Source: Octopus sinensis (lineage: Eukaryota). From it: a DNA stretch of 64,000 nt. Positions 1-14,376 of this stretch are shown here, piece after piece; the stretch's first letter is position 1; each line of letters opens with the position of its first letter. The stretch spans positions 129,456,001 through 129,520,000 of the forward strand of contig NC_043000.1 of assembly GCF_006345805.1 (NCBI RefSeq), given 5' to 3'. The translations under genes were made by a program, and so were the position numbers. The notes below the pieces were generated by a model. That model did not search any database and was not told the DNA's origin. It saw only the letters and a list, made by a program, of their open reading frames with translations.

Positions 1-487
1 AAGCAGCTATTTTTAGCTACATCACACAACCTTTTCAACTATAACGGTTATAGACTGACTTTAACCGGAAAAATAACTTAACAACCTTGATCTTAACAGT
101 CTCACCAATACAATATAATTTAGACACGAAATATAAAGACTTACCACAACCAGCCATGCATACACACTATACTGATTTCATATTTGATAGTACACGTTAT
201 TAGCACACCACCCTTTCACGACAATATATTTCTTCATTAATGCTATATATTTTTCCCATTTTAAGTCCTATATTTTCTGTTTATTACTTTTTTTTAAAAC
301 TTTAACGTTTTATTTTCTCCTATCCACTCCACCTTTACTGCTTTGATTAATCCTTTACTCTGACATTTGTTGAATATATAACCATCAGCGTCAGGTTCAT
401 CTCACCATCTCTGTTCTACGCTATTACAACCCCAATAGACCAAGTACATCTTTGTCTGTCTGTATGTTTGTCCATTCGTCCGTCTTC

Positions 488-489
<2 letters not shown>

Positions 490-562
<73 letters not shown>

Positions 563-620
563 CATATCTGTCTGTCTGCCTGCCTGCCTGCCTGCCTGCC
601 TACCTACCTATCTATCTATA
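490..620. repeat. (TCTA)n/(CCTG)n microsatellite
   Basis: Direct tandem tetranucleotides; explains ORF 452..685. Confidence 0.95.
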
Positions 621-1569
621 AAGTAGATGCTGGATTAAAAAAATCTAGCGGAACTCACGGTAAGTACATCCGGAATGCGGTCTGATGATTAATTTTCTCT
701 TCTGTACATCCTATATAACTATATTATTGTATTGTATATGTATGTGCATATATGTATACATACACACACACGCACACATATAGTGCATGTATAAATATAT
801 ATATATATATAATATATATATATATATACATACACACACACGCACACATATAGTGCATGTATATATATATTATATATAATATAGATATATATATATATAT
901 ATATATATCAAAGCAGTTGAGTAAATTATGAAACAGCTGTAACCACTACGGAAATATTTAACATTTCTTTGCCTTTCACATCTGAGTAGTGCTTATATAT
1001 ATATATATATATATTATATTATATTATATATATATACATACATATACAAGAGAGGAGAGAGAGAGTGAGAAAGAAAGAAAGAGAGAGTGAGAGGGTAGAA
1101 AGAGAGAAGGAGAAAGAGAGATTAGATTAACAAGTTGGCAACTACTTGACCGGTCTGTTGAGAGTGGATACTTGTGTGTGTGTGTTTATGTGTACATATA
1201 CATACATAACTTTGTATATGTTTGCGTATTATACGTTGTATGTGTCATATATATATATGAGTAACATGCATGGCTCTACTTAAGCAAGTGATTGTCGTGA
1301 ACTATGATTGTCTCCCTCTGTGGACGAGTCTTAAAAGTTACAAAACTGAATGGAAAATAACCCTTATAGAAAAACTATTAAATTATTGGACTTTTTAAAA
1401 GTGAAAGTGCTTTGTACATGGCGGAACGAGAACAAATACAATCCCAAGAAGGAGACTATATGTGTATTTTACACATCGCAGCTTGGGTATAGTGATCTAT
1501 CAGTTAAAAATCAGGGATACATATGTGAAATGATTTATTGGTGTGTACACACACATATGTATACTCTTT

Positions 1570-1977
1570 ATCCTTTACTCTTTTACTTGTTTCAGTCATT
1601 TGACTGCGGCCATGCTGGAGCACCGCCTTTAGTCGAGCAAATCGACCCCGGGACTTATTCTTTGTAAGCCCAGTACTTATTCTATCGGTCTCTTTTTGCC
1701 GAACCGCTAAGAGACGGGGACATAAACACACCAGCATCGGTTGTCAAGCAATGCTAGGAGGACAAACACAGACACACAAACACGCACACACATATATATA
1801 TATACATATATACGACAGGCTTCTTTCAGTTTCCGTCTACCAAATCCACTCACAAGGCATTGGTCGGCCCGGGGCTATAGCAGAAGACACTTGCCCAAGA
1901 TGCCACACAGTGGGACTGAACCCGGAACCATGTGGTTGGTTAGCAAGCTACTTACCACACAGCCACTCCTGCGCCTA
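1570..1977 (-). mobile_element. SINE family A, full length (tRNA head, CORE-like block, CA/TA linker, 3' module)
   Basis: Minus strand starts taggcgcaggagtggctgtgtggtaag (A box), then ggttcagtccc (B box) and cttgggcaagtgtcttct; ends ggcggtgctccagcatggccgcagtcaaatgactgaaac; near-identical copy at 52095-52510. Confidence 0.9.
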
Positions 1978-2188
1978 TATTCATATATATACATACACCA
2001 GGTTTCATAGCAATGTTTGATGAGCCATTCACAGGGAAACTTCCAAGTAAGAGACCAGTTTATGAAATAATCAATATTTGATTCTACATCATATATTCAG
2101 CACTTACTTTGGATAATACCGGTTGCTTTATGATATTAAGTGCACACTATAAATACACACATATATATACATACACACGCATGTATAC

Positions 2189-2224
<36 letters not shown>

Positions 2225-2517
2225 AATATTTTATTAATCAATATCAATATTATGTTTTTCTTTCTATTTAACAAAACATTCTGTTTATATACTTATTTGT
2301 ATATTAATACTGAAGACGGCATAAACTTTTTCTTAATTAATAAATTTGCAACAATGAAAGTGAAGCTTCTTATTAATTGATTATTATTTTCAAGCAAGAA
2401 GAAATAGTTAATCAATCGTAACAAAATAATAAAAAGACCAGTTTTTCGTGATTTAAGAAGAAAGCTAGATCCCTATGTATTGGTAACTAAGTAATAAATC
2501 ATTCGCTTTATTAGGCC

Positions 2518-3130
2518 ACACACACACACATGTATATGCATACACACACATATATACATATATACATATATATTATATATATATATACACTATCATTTAT
2601 CTCTTTCTCTTTCCCTATATATACATATATATATATATACATATATACGTACATATATATACATACATACATATATATATATACATACATATACATACAT
2701 ATATATATATATATACATACATATACATACATATATATATATATACTTACATATACATACATATATATATATACATACATATACATACATATATATATAC
2801 ATACATATACATACATATATATATATACATACATATACATACATATATATATATATACATACATATACATAATATATATACATACATATATAATACATAC
2901 ATATACATACATACATATACATACATACATATACATATATATATATATACATATATACGTACATATATATACATACATATACATACATATTATATATATA
3001 TATATATACCTATACATACATATATATATATAATATACATACATATATAATATACATACATATACATATATAATATATACATATATACATACATACATAC
3101 ATATATATATACATATACATACATATATAT

Positions 3131-3162
<32 letters not shown>

Positions 3163-3275
3163 CCTATACATACATATATATATATATACATACATACATA
3201 TATATACATACATACATATACATATATAAATGCACACATAAATACATACACACACATATATATATATATAATATG
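2518..3275. repeat. Compound (TA)n/(TACA)n microsatellite
   Basis: Direct observation; source of Y/I/M/C-rich pseudo-ORFs. Confidence 0.95.
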
Positions 3276-3761
3276 CACACATATACGCGTACGCTTACAC
3301 AGACAAACACGCACACATACGCATATAGAACTCATTTCTTTCATATCCAGCAGCAATGCACACAGACAGACTAATACAACCTACGTCATGCAACATAATA
3401 GACTAATGATTATTAATAATTAGGTTATTCTGTTAAAAATATTAATTTGATCAATTAATCTTATCACGATTAATGATATTATTGAATACGTCATTATTCG
3501 CTAGGGCGTATATGAAGTTTGAATGATTAACTTCACACTTAGTCTCATTATTAATCAACGTTTGCTTCATTTCTTCCTGGAAATCAAGAATAGTTTGTAA
3601 GTGACCAATGGTGTGCTTTTTCTCCCTGTTTGCCTGTCTGTCTGTAGATCTGCCTGTCTGTAGATCTGCCTGTCAGTCAGACTGTCTGTCTGTCTGTCAG
3701 TTAACTTATATGTCTGAATGTATTTCGCTGTTTTCTCTTTCGCTTCCTTGCTCTCTTTTCA

Positions 3762-3920
3762 CAAATTTTGTGGTTAAGAAGCTTGCTTTGCGACCATGTG
3801 GTTTCTAGTTCAGTTTCACTGCGTGGCACTTTGAGCAAGCATCTTTTACTATAGCTGTCGGTGGACCAAAGCCGTGTGAGTAAATTTGGTAGACGGAAGC
3901 TGTGTGGAAGCCTGTCGTAC
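3762..3920 (+). mobile_element. SINE family A head fragment, diverged
   Basis: gtggttaagaagcttgct...ggtagacggaagc aligns to the family A 5' half. Confidence 0.75.
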
Positions 3921-4177
3921 ATACATACATACATACATACTACATACATACATACATACATACATACATACATACATACATACATGCATGCATGCATGCA
4001 TGCATGCATACGTACGTACGTGCATACATATATACATACATACATACATACATAATACGTACGTACGTGCATACATATATACATACATACATACGTACGT
4101 ACGTGCATACATATATACATACATACGTACGTACGTGCATACATACACACACACACACACACACATACATACATATA
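3917..4177. repeat. (TACA)n/(TACG)n microsatellite
   Basis: Direct observation. Confidence 0.95.
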
Positions 4178-4325
4178 TAAAACTGATTCGAAGACTACAG
4201 ATTCATTCCATCACTGGAACTGTAAAAATGTGTAAACTTTTAACTATATAAGAGCATGTCAAGATATATGCATGAGAAAACCTACATGAAACAAAACAAA
4301 CAAGACTGCACGTATACATACATTT

Positions 4326-4658
4326 GAGACCCCCTTCGGTCATGAATAACCATGGGATTGCACCTACAAAGTTACCCTCCTAGGCACAAGTCCGGGCAAG
4401 GTTGTTTATGGAAGACCAGCAGTCGCCCATGCATACCAGCCTCCCTTCTCCACGCCACTGATGTTATCCAAGGGAAAGGCAAAGGCCGATACAGCTTGGC
4501 ACCAGTGACGTCGCAACTCATTTCTACAGCTGAGTGAACTGAAGCAACGTGAAAGAAAGTGTCTTGCTCAATAACACAACCCACAGCTCGGTCTGGGAAT
4601 TGAACTCACTACCTCACGATCCTAAGCTCGACGCTCTAACCACTGAACAATATGGCCT
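4326..4658 (-). mobile_element. SINE family E
   Basis: Reverse complement of the copy at 31694-32041; tRNA-like head with gagttcaattccc B box. Confidence 0.85.
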
Positions 4659-4834
4659 TTACATACATACATACAAACATACATACATACATACATACAT
4701 ACATACATACATACATACATACATACATACACACATACTTTCATTCATACATACACACACACATACATACTGTATATGTGTGTGTATGTGTCTGTTTATG
4801 AGTCTGTGTCTTTGTGTTAGTCACCTCTTTACCA

Positions 4835-5016
4835 CCTGAGAACCGGTGGTGGCGTGTTTACGTCCTCGTAACTTAGCGGTTCGGTAAAAAAGGCCGACAG
4901 AGTAAACATCAGACTTAAAAAACAAATCATGAGTACTGGGATCGATTTCTTTTCCTAAAAGCCTTCAAGGCAGTGCCCTAGCATGACCGCAGTTTAAACA
5001 AATAAAAGATAAAAGA
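4835..5016 (+). mobile_element. SINE family A 3' module, diverged
   Basis: gtgtttacgtcctcgtaacttagcggttcgg...gcagtgccctagcatgaccgcag matches the family A tail. Confidence 0.7.
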
Positions 5017-6543
5017 AACAGACTCTATCTCTCTTTCTTTATCTCACTCTGTCAGTTGGTGAAAGGTAAGTTTGATCTTCGTAAGTATCAAAAAAATTAT
5101 ATTACATTGTAAGATAAAAATCATCATTGTTAGATTTTAAATTATCAAACAGTTAAGTTCTGATTACTTACGTTATGTAACTATAAAAAAGCGACCCATA
5201 TTTTTATTATCTGTCAGTTTCATTTCAATTCAATTACATTGCAAACTAATACAGAGCTGTTAAATTCGTCATCCTAATTTTCGATCCACAGAGTATATAC
5301 ATCGCTAAACATTTTTCACAAAATAAATACGTCACATTTTATTTACAATGAAATAGAAATTCAAAGCAAAACAATATCAGTATCAAATTTACTCAATACA
5401 ATAGTAAAAAAAAAACCTAAACAAATGAAAGTTAATTCAAAATTAGAATCATAAAAAAAGCAGTGAGAAGATAAGCTGGTTATGATCTGAGGAGAGAAGA
5501 AACGTGGTAAAAAGACAGATTAAAAAGGCAGATTATAAACAATGCCTCTTAAATAATCCACAAGTTCATGATTCTGATGCATCATCTTCTTTCCCCTTTG
5601 TTTATATTCTCCTGTGATTTAGATATACTGTTTGATTATTACTTGGTTTCTTGTTGAGTTTTCTTTTTCGAGTTTCCTGAAGTTTCTCCATCGTAGGAAG
5701 GAAAGTTTTTGCCTTTGAAATTCTTTTTCGTTGTTTATGAAATAGGACGTATTTATACTGGGAATAAAAAAAGCTTTAAATAAATTTTAGTGGTGTACGT
5801 ACACTGCCAGTAAAAATTACGACAATGAATTCACCGACGATACATCGGCTCGTGATGCAACAATTACCTTGCGATGAAATTAGCAGGCGATAAAAATTAC
5901 AGGCGATGTATATGCCACAAATGTAATCATCTGCCATGGATTTTCAGCGAAATGAGAAACTGCAGTAAGCGTCTGATGTAACAGTTTGGGCAATGAAGTT
6001 TACATCTTTCGTGTTTGTATTGAAATTTGTATATTATATCAATTGTTTAAATAAAGTTATGTGGCTTGCAGTTTTGTGGTTTCATCTGTATGACAAGCCT
6101 TTTGCCATTGTTTCTTCCGTAAAATATTTTGTCTGTAAATTTGTGGTGGTCGGATGTAAAAGATATTGTGTCCTGTTTTATGAATCTTAAATATATTCAT
6201 CCAGTCTAAGACTAGGACACACGCACACACACATTCAACTCTCTCTTTCTTTTACGAACACACGCAAACACGCACGGAAAGCATACTCCACATCAAGGAA
6301 CATCATGATGATGTCTGAAGCAGGAAGGACAGTATAGCCCAGAGTCGGGAACAGTGGAGAAAAGGCTTTGATGGTCTATGCGCCATATTGAGTGAAGTTT
6401 AAGTGATTTTAATCCACATTTTAACGTAGAGTCCTCTCTTCTTGAAATGGTCTTCATTTTGAACTAAGACAGTCGTACTATATACAAACGTATATGCATT
6501 CATACATACACATACACATATCATACATGTACGTATATATATA

Positions 6544-6583
<40 letters not shown>

Positions 6584-6738
6584 CACACGCACACAGTGTT
6601 GTGATGAGAGAGTCATTTCGACGATAATAACATGCGTGTGGTATTATGGTAATGATTCTCCCAAGACAACAAAATTTTGTTTCAACACACGATTTCACAT
6701 CAAGAATCTTGCAAAACACACACACACACATATATATT

Positions 6739-6813
6739 CAGTAATCCCTCGACTATCGCGCTTGTTACGTTCCAAAGACCGCCGCGATAGGTGAAAATCC
6801 GCGAAGTAGAAAC
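6739..6813 (+). mobile_element. Tigger/pogo-like DNA transposon end fragment
   Basis: cagtaatccctcgactatcgcg...gttacgttcc...cgcgataggtgaaaatccgcg resembles Tigger-type terminal sequences; no partner end seen. Confidence 0.5.
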
Positions 6814-7085
6814 TAGAAAATCTAGATCTGGATCGATCCATCGATCCATCGATCCATCGATCCATCCATCCGTCCGTCCGTCTATATGCGCGCGCACACA
6901 CACACATACACACTTTATGTATCGAAAAACCAAGTGTGTCACAACAAAAGAAATGATCTTAATATCACTGGAAATAGTGGACTTAATCATTTTAAAGACT
7001 GACACGAAACACTTTCATGAGTAACGAATAAATCACTGCCGAGAAACTCAGAATTCTGAATGTAAGTGTTCTATGCCTATTTCAC

Positions 7086-7166
<81 letters not shown>

Positions 7167-7780
7167 TACAGAGAGACAGAGAGAGGAGGGAGAGACGCAG
7201 AAAGAAAACTATAGAGACAGAAACAGAGATTACACGATCATGGTTGTTAGATATTATTCTTGTTTCCATCAAAGAAAATGCACACATGTTTATTAATCAT
7301 TCTATGACGATAATCATTTCAGTTTCATATACAACCTAATGAATAATAACGCCTCCTTTCATAATCAAAAGATAAGAACTCTTAAAACCTTTTATCACTA
7401 TTATATATGTAAACATATTTGGTTTAACTATGTATACTTATACTGTAGCGAGAAATGTTGTGATTAATTAACTGATTGGCTACTGAGCATATGCCATCAA
7501 TAGAGTCTTATTAACGAATCAATTGATTTTATCACAAAGCGACCAGACTGACAGATGCTACTGTGTTCGTTGTTTAGCCTCCTGATATTTGGGGCACTGC
7601 TATTTTTTTCTTCATCTAGATTTACATTAACTGATGTGTAATTCCCCTTTTGTTAGTCGAGTTGGCGTGACTTGAAGGAGATTTAGCTGCTGTTTATAAC
7701 CAGCCAAGAAACTGCGTAGTGGTGCTTTCCTTGGTGATGACACTATATTCTACATAACTTCACTGATCGTAAATACAATA

Positions 7781-8322
7781 TTGGGTTGTCCTGAAAGTTC
7801 GTGCTGATTTTTAAAGGAAAGAAAAAGGTCAATAAATACTTGCCATTACATTTTTAATCAACCAGATATGAACCATTTTGTTGCACAATGCGTCTCCATC
7901 TTTCCTTTAACTTGAAAATACCCTCTTCTCAGAATTGAGGTGGTTTCATGGCAAATAATTCATCAAGGTATCTTTTTACGTCATCCAAGGAATTAAAATT
8001 TTTACCATTAAGACTATTCTGCAGAGACCTGAATAAGTGGAAATCCGAAGGAGCAATATCTGGTGAATATGGTGAGGTAACACATCCCAGCCGAGCTGCA
8101 GCAATTTTTGTCTGGTTCCCAAAGCATCAAGTGCCGAAAATAACCTTTCTTATCTTCCATTTTAAAGGGTTACAGAATTAACGCAGGTTATAAGAACATA
8201 AACCTTCTTCCACGAAAAGATAGCTTAAATTGTGCTCTAAATGGAGGTGTAGTCAACCATGTTCTAAAATAAGTCGAAGGGTAAGCTACTATAAATCGGC
8301 ACGAACTTTCCGGGCAACCCAA
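7781..8322 (-). mobile_element. Internally deleted mariner transposon (542 bp)
   Basis: About 30-bp TIRs (ttgggttgtcctgaaagttcgtgctgattt / aaatcggcacgaactttccgggcaacccaa) with TA on both sides (7779-7780, 8323-8324). Minus strand encodes MEDKKGYFRHLML fused to GTRQKLLQLGWDVLP and, after a frameshift, YSPDIAPSDFHLFRSLQNSLNGKNF. Confidence 0.93.
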
Positions 8323-9706
8323 TATCTAGGTACATTATCTACTTCTTTTGGAATTAGCGTCCTATCTAGGGAGTCAGTATATCTTTCGTTAGAAACTTTT
8401 AGGCCACCAAACATTAAAGTTATGGAGATATTTGTAAATATGAAAACTTTATACAACATTTTCTTCATGTTCCTTGATATTTATCTCAGTCAATTGTTTC
8501 ATCTTTCGTTGATCAGCGGTTTCATCAACGGGCAACTTGTCTTTTGATCTTTTTTTTTCTTTTGTAGAACAAGGGAGAACAGTCGATTGTATCGCCCCCA
8601 ATTCTTGATTGGTATTTTGTTTAAAGCACTTGGAAGAATAAAAGCGAAGTCGAATTCAGAAAGATTTAAGATTAGAAAATATAGGTTTGTATCTCAATAA
8701 ACAAAACTAACACAAACAGACGCCTTCTTATGATACTACCTGCGCACTGCAGTGTCTTTTGGAATTGTTTTGTAGGAGAGAGTCATAATCGAATTCAGTA
8801 TATTTATATTGCTTGTATTCATTTATTGATTGATTGATTCTGAAATGTTGTAAACCAAACTCAGACAATAGGGGTTCAAGACATTTGGCCACATTGCCTT
8901 CTGTATCAGTTATTCCTACCACTAAATACTTGCTAATTATAAACATACTACGATTCAGATTTACAAAGGAAAACGAGACTCTGTGTCTTTCATGCCTTTC
9001 TTTAGAGTATAAGCTAACGGACCAATGAAAGGTCGCTGAACCTGCTAAACATAGCAGCCAAATCTCCCTCATATTATATCGTGCCATCTTAAAAAATGAA
9101 TTGGAGATAGGACAGTGTACACTCTGAATAAAAGATAAAATAGCCACATCTGGATCTCTTTCTATTTCTGACTTGACCAAACAACGCCGAATCAGAGCAA
9201 AACAAGAATGATAGTAATGAGGGCATTTTGAGTGAAATACACGCTACAATGAATTTTACAGCATAGTGTCCACTCACTCATTTTCTTATAATAAACTTAT
9301 CAGCCCCACGACAACAAAAATATCTCTTTATAACGCTGCCACTGCAACGAAGTTGGTTTATGACTGTCGTAAACTTATAGAAACGGGCTGAAAATCAATA
9401 TCTAAAAAAAATAAAACATTAAATTCCATTTTGCACAAAACTTTTATTAAATAGCTTGTTCTCAGAGAAAGAGAGAAGTAATATGTTCTGTTGAGATTAG
9501 CTGTCACTTAAATATAAATATTCTCGTCAGAAAATGTGGAGGAGAATATCTTTGGTGAACTCATACAAATGAGTGAGAATTGTGCATTGATTGTGGCAAT
9601 TCATACTCACAATTATTGATATAGTCAGCTTAATAACCATGCTTTCGCAGTAACGTGTAGAGGACAAATGTTCAAGAGGTCAATGTGTAGGATTTATTGG
9701 TTTAGC

Positions 9707-10335
9707 TTTCACTTGTTTTAGTCATTGGGCCGTGGCTTTGCTGGAGCACCGCTTTGAAGGGTTCAGTCGAACAAATTAACCCCAGTACTTATTTCTTAAG
9801 CCTGGTACTTATTCTTATTTCTTTATTACCCACAAGGGGCTAAACATAGAGGGGACAAACAAGGACAGACAAAGGGGTTAAGTCGATTATATCGACTCCA
9901 GTGCGTAACTGGTACTTAATTTATCAACCCCGAAAGGATGAAGGGCAAAGTCGCCCTCGGCGGAATTTGAACTCAGAACGTAACGGCAGACGAAATACTG
10001 CTAAGCATTTCGCCCGGCGTGCTAACATTTCTGCCAGCTCGCCACCTTTTTAGCTTGGTACTTATTCTATCGGTCCCCTTTTGTCTAATCGCTACGGAGA
10101 CCTAGGCATTCCAGTCCCAGTTGTCTGGCTATGGTTAGGGGTACAAACATGACACACACACACACACACACACAAGACGGATTTCCACACAGTTTCCGTC
10201 TACCAAATTCATTCACAAAACATTAATCGGCCCGGAACTATAGTACAAGACACGTGTCCAAAGTGCTGTACACTGGGATTGAACCCGAAGCCACGTGGTT
10301 GCAAAGTGAGTTTCTTAACCATACAGCTGTGCCAG
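9707..10335 (-). mobile_element. SINE family A interrupted by a nested family B copy
   Basis: Family A tail at 9707-9815 resumes at 10052; head ends near 10335. Confidence 0.8.
9816..10051 (-). mobile_element. SINE family B, full length, nested in family A
   Basis: 17-bp TSD agcctggtacttattct (9799-9815) / agcttggtacttattct (10052-10068). Confidence 0.92.
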
Positions 10336-11539
10336 TGCCTATATAAATAACTACTTGAACAATTTATTAAGGAGTTAAGGGATCAAATCTAGTACCAGCC
10401 GTTTCGTTGTTTTAGAAATGATTAATTTTTTTTTCGTGTGTGCAGATACAATATCCTAACAATGGGAAAGGTAGATTATGTCTTAAGCCGGAGCCACAAA
10501 TGATCTCAGAAAGAATTAACTTTCCATCCGGACTCTGGTTTTACTTATATACCGTGCGTGATAGTTATTCTGTAATAATTTAAGTCAAATTTACTTCTAC
10601 AACGGCTCAGTCACCAGGTAGATGTTCCTTCATTACGAGATATTTCTGTTAACATCACCTACTTATACTAACATTCAGGATAAAATTATAAATGAGGCAT
10701 CCCCCCACACAAACATATATAGATGCATACACACATAGATACATAAACACATACACAGACAATAACATACATGCACAAAAACACACGTATGTTTGTTTTG
10801 GATCGAATAGAGAAATTTGAAAATAAGTTGCGTAAACGAAGTTTTACACTTCGAAGTTGCTGAAACTCATGCATTCTCTCTCTCGCTCTCTCTCTCTCAC
10901 TCTCTCTCTCTCTCTCTCTCTCTCCGTCTCCCTCCCTCCCTCCTTCTCCTCTCTCTCTCTCACACAAACATACACGTACACACATATACGCACACACACC
11001 TCACACACACACGCATACACACATGCACACATATCTAAACACACTCCTAAGCATTACCATCTGCATTTTAAAAATAGAACACACACACACACGCACGCAC
11101 ACACGCACACACACACGTACACACACACACACACGTACACACACACACACAACACACACGTACGCACATTTATCCATATACAAAGAAATTCACATGAATT
11201 CAAGCACTTGATGCTGTACAGATTCCAGCAAAAGAGCGCTGTTATAATATTGTAAAAGACCACATCGTATTCCGCTGCAGTAGAAACACTTAAATATATA
11301 TATCAAAACGTATGAAAGTATATAACTACAATACGATATCACATCACACATGCATATATACATCACAGAAAGAAATATGTATTCCATTGACTGGTACAAT
11401 AAAAGACTTATAAAACGCTGACTATAGATTGCAGTTGTTTTGCACAATGCTTATCCGTTTACCATCTGGATGTAAAGAAGCCGTGAGCGATGTTCCACGA
11501 TGAGACAATCAGTGGCGACAAGACACACAGACACACAGA

Positions 11540-11752
11540 CACACACACGTACATGTATATCAATATGTATGTATGTATGTGTGTGTGTGTGTATGTGTGT
11601 GTGTGTATGTATATATGTATATATGTATGTATGTATACACATTTCCATATGTGTATAAACATATGGATTCATGTGTATGCGTCTGTACATATATACATAA
11701 ATATATATACGTGTATACTTGTAGATATATGGATTTATATGTATATATATAT

Positions 11753-11811
<59 letters not shown>

Positions 11812-12054
11812 ATCCATATTATATATATGTACATTCATATTATATTATATATATATATATATATGTGTACATTCATATTATATATATAGATGTATATATA
11901 TATATATATATGTATATTCATATTATATATATATGCATATTCATATTATATATATATGCATATTCATATTATATATATGTACATATATATCTATATCTAT
12001 ATATACACACACATTATTTCACTTTTTCAATATATATAATATATATATATATAT

Positions 12055-12091
<37 letters not shown>

Positions 12092-12115
12092 TGTGTGTGT
12101 GTGTGTGTGTGTGTT
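11540..12115. repeat. Compound TA/TG microsatellite with a small tatatgYacattcatat-like minisatellite
   Basis: Direct observation. Confidence 0.9.
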
Positions 12116-12759
12116 TGTGAAGAAACAAATAAAAAGAAAGGGAAACAATCTGGAAAGTTACAGGAAAAAGAAAAAAGAAAAAAGAAAAGATGCAGGCTAC
12201 AATCAAGCGCATTCATTTTTACAAAACAACAACAACAAAAAGATCAACAACAACAGCAACAACAACAACAACAACAACGGCTATGAAATAACAACATGAA
12301 GAAATGAAAGAAAATGTCAGAGTTTTGAAGGTGTCATACATACAGCGGTGATATTCTCTGTAAGGACGGCGTGCTAGAATAGAAAATTGATGAAAGAAAA
12401 GAAAGCAAAATGGGTTAGTTATGAAGCAGAATCGCATTTGATTTTGTAGTTAAGACGTGTGATACACATGACCGATAAAACTCAGCTCCTTGTCAAATAT
12501 ATTGAAAGCGTTGCATATTCAGGTTAGTAAATCGTTCGTATATTCAGGAATATTAGTGGTGGTTTTTAAAAAAAGGTTCAAGGTGGATTTTGTATTAAAT
12601 TTTCCTTAGCGGTACCAAGGACAAGAACAAAGGCCTTTTTCTGCTGTCGCCATTCGAGTTAACTAATGTCTTGTGAATAGAATTTGAAAGGGGAACTGTC
12701 CCAGAGTCCGCCGTAGGTATATGTGCACACGCACACACACACACACGCACGCACACACA

Positions 12760-12814
<55 letters not shown>

Positions 12815-13145
12815 TTAATTTCAGGCATAGCAATATTAATAATCATTTATTAAAAATCAATATAATTATGCCTTAGGAGAGTACAGAGCAAAATATCAAT
12901 TAAAGAACGACCAAAAAAAACAGGCGTTACATAACACCTTAATTAGCTTACAGATGCTGCTATAAGAAACAGTGCGTTGAGATCTAGGTACATGTGCGAC
13001 GCCCCAGAGCTTCTTCGAAGCTATTAAGCTGTTGCATTAACGCTCAGCTCTGAAAGCACGGCTTTTAAAAGTAGATTACGTAATTCCTGTTCTTTTGTCA
13101 ATCATTGATATACATACGCACACACATACATACGTACACATACAT

Positions 13146-13680
13146 ATAGAGAGAAAAACAACTTGTTTTAAATCTCTGAGCGACAGATATACAGTAACAG
13201 TACCGGATAGTAATGTTTATATGCCAACAGAAAGTGGCAGTCCTATAAAGGACGATGTTACTGTTGTTTAAGCCACAGGAAATCATCTTTTCCAGCTGGC
13301 AATCGACACACTGTTTGTGTCCGTATAGCCTTTGCAAGATTTAAAACAAGATTTAAAACAAGTTGTTTTCTCTATACGAGATCAACGACTGTGTGTCACT
13401 TAAAAAATATATAGTATTTGCAAGTGGGGAGAGCTTTCGTCAATAGCTTGTGGTTGTCTCACACTGAAGACGGTTAACATTCAGAAACCTAGGTCTGTGA
13501 GTATCACGTAAGGCTAGAGATAGGAGCGCTGACCTTCCTTGCAAATACTATACGGACACATACTATGTGTTGATATCCAACTGGAATTTTCCTGGGGCTA
13601 AAACAACAGTAACATCGTCCTTTATACGACTGCCACATTCTGTTGGCAATATAAACATTGCTCTCTTTCTCTCTGTATAT
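13146..13680. mobile_element. Nested inverted-repeat element carrying a hammerhead motif (probable non-autonomous PLE derivative)
   Basis: IR pairs 13146-13175/13349-13376, 13210-13338/13538-13661 and 13410-13424/13538-13552 (15 bp perfect); flanked by TA-rich repeats. Confidence 0.6.
13458..13501 (+). ncRNA. Minimal type I hammerhead ribozyme motif
   Basis: ctcaca-CTGAAGA-cggttaacattca-GAAAC-CTAG-GTC-tgtgag: perfect 6-bp helix I, intact core, palindromic CTAG tetraloop; helix II weak. Confidence 0.72.
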
Positions 13681-13705
13681 ATATATAAGTGTGTATATAT
13701 ATATA

Positions 13706-13810
<105 letters not shown>

Positions 13811-13958
13811 GTATATATATAATTAGTAATATAATAAGAGTAAATAATTTCTTTAATGGTTTTTAAAAAAACCCAACAATTATTTACTGGTAGATTTCGG
13901 CATGTAAATATAACCATTAACGGTAGGAACTGCTATAAAAGTTCAATATATATTTTGT

Positions 13959-14163
13959 ATATAAATAAAAGAGGCAGGCAACAGGTTGCTTAGCCACATA
14001 CCGAAAAAATTAGAAAAAGCAGACAGAGACTGTTTATTTCTATTTTCTACAAAATATGTGGAGTCCCTTTTGTAGAAAATAGAAATAAACAGTCTATGAC
14101 TGCTATTTCTAATTTTTTCGGTATGCGGCTAAGCAACCTGTTGCCTGTCTCTTTTATTTATAT
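13959..14163. repeat. Long hairpin: 96-bp arms, 13-nt loop
   Basis: 13959-14054 is the reverse complement of 14068-14163 with 5 mismatches; embedded in TA-rich flanks. Confidence 0.92.
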
Positions 14164-14269
14164 GTATATATACATATATGTATATATATATACATACATA
14201 TATACATTTATACATACATACATACATTTATACATACATACATACATACACATACACACACACACATAT

Positions 14270-14376
<107 letters not shown>

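Noticed and set aside
2511-3356. Long Y/I/M/C/V-rich ORFs here and at 11.5-12.3, 43-44.2 and 54.5-55.2 kb
   Set aside because: Translations of TA/TG/TACA microsatellites, which lack stops in several frames
5800-5960. Repeated gcgatRaaatt motifs resembling transposon subterminal repeats
   Set aside because: No terminal inverted repeat or partner end found
8728-9180. 150-aa minus-strand ORF
   Set aside because: Runs through a dispersed repeat (about 9030-9070); only vague transposase-like resemblance, no motif I can support
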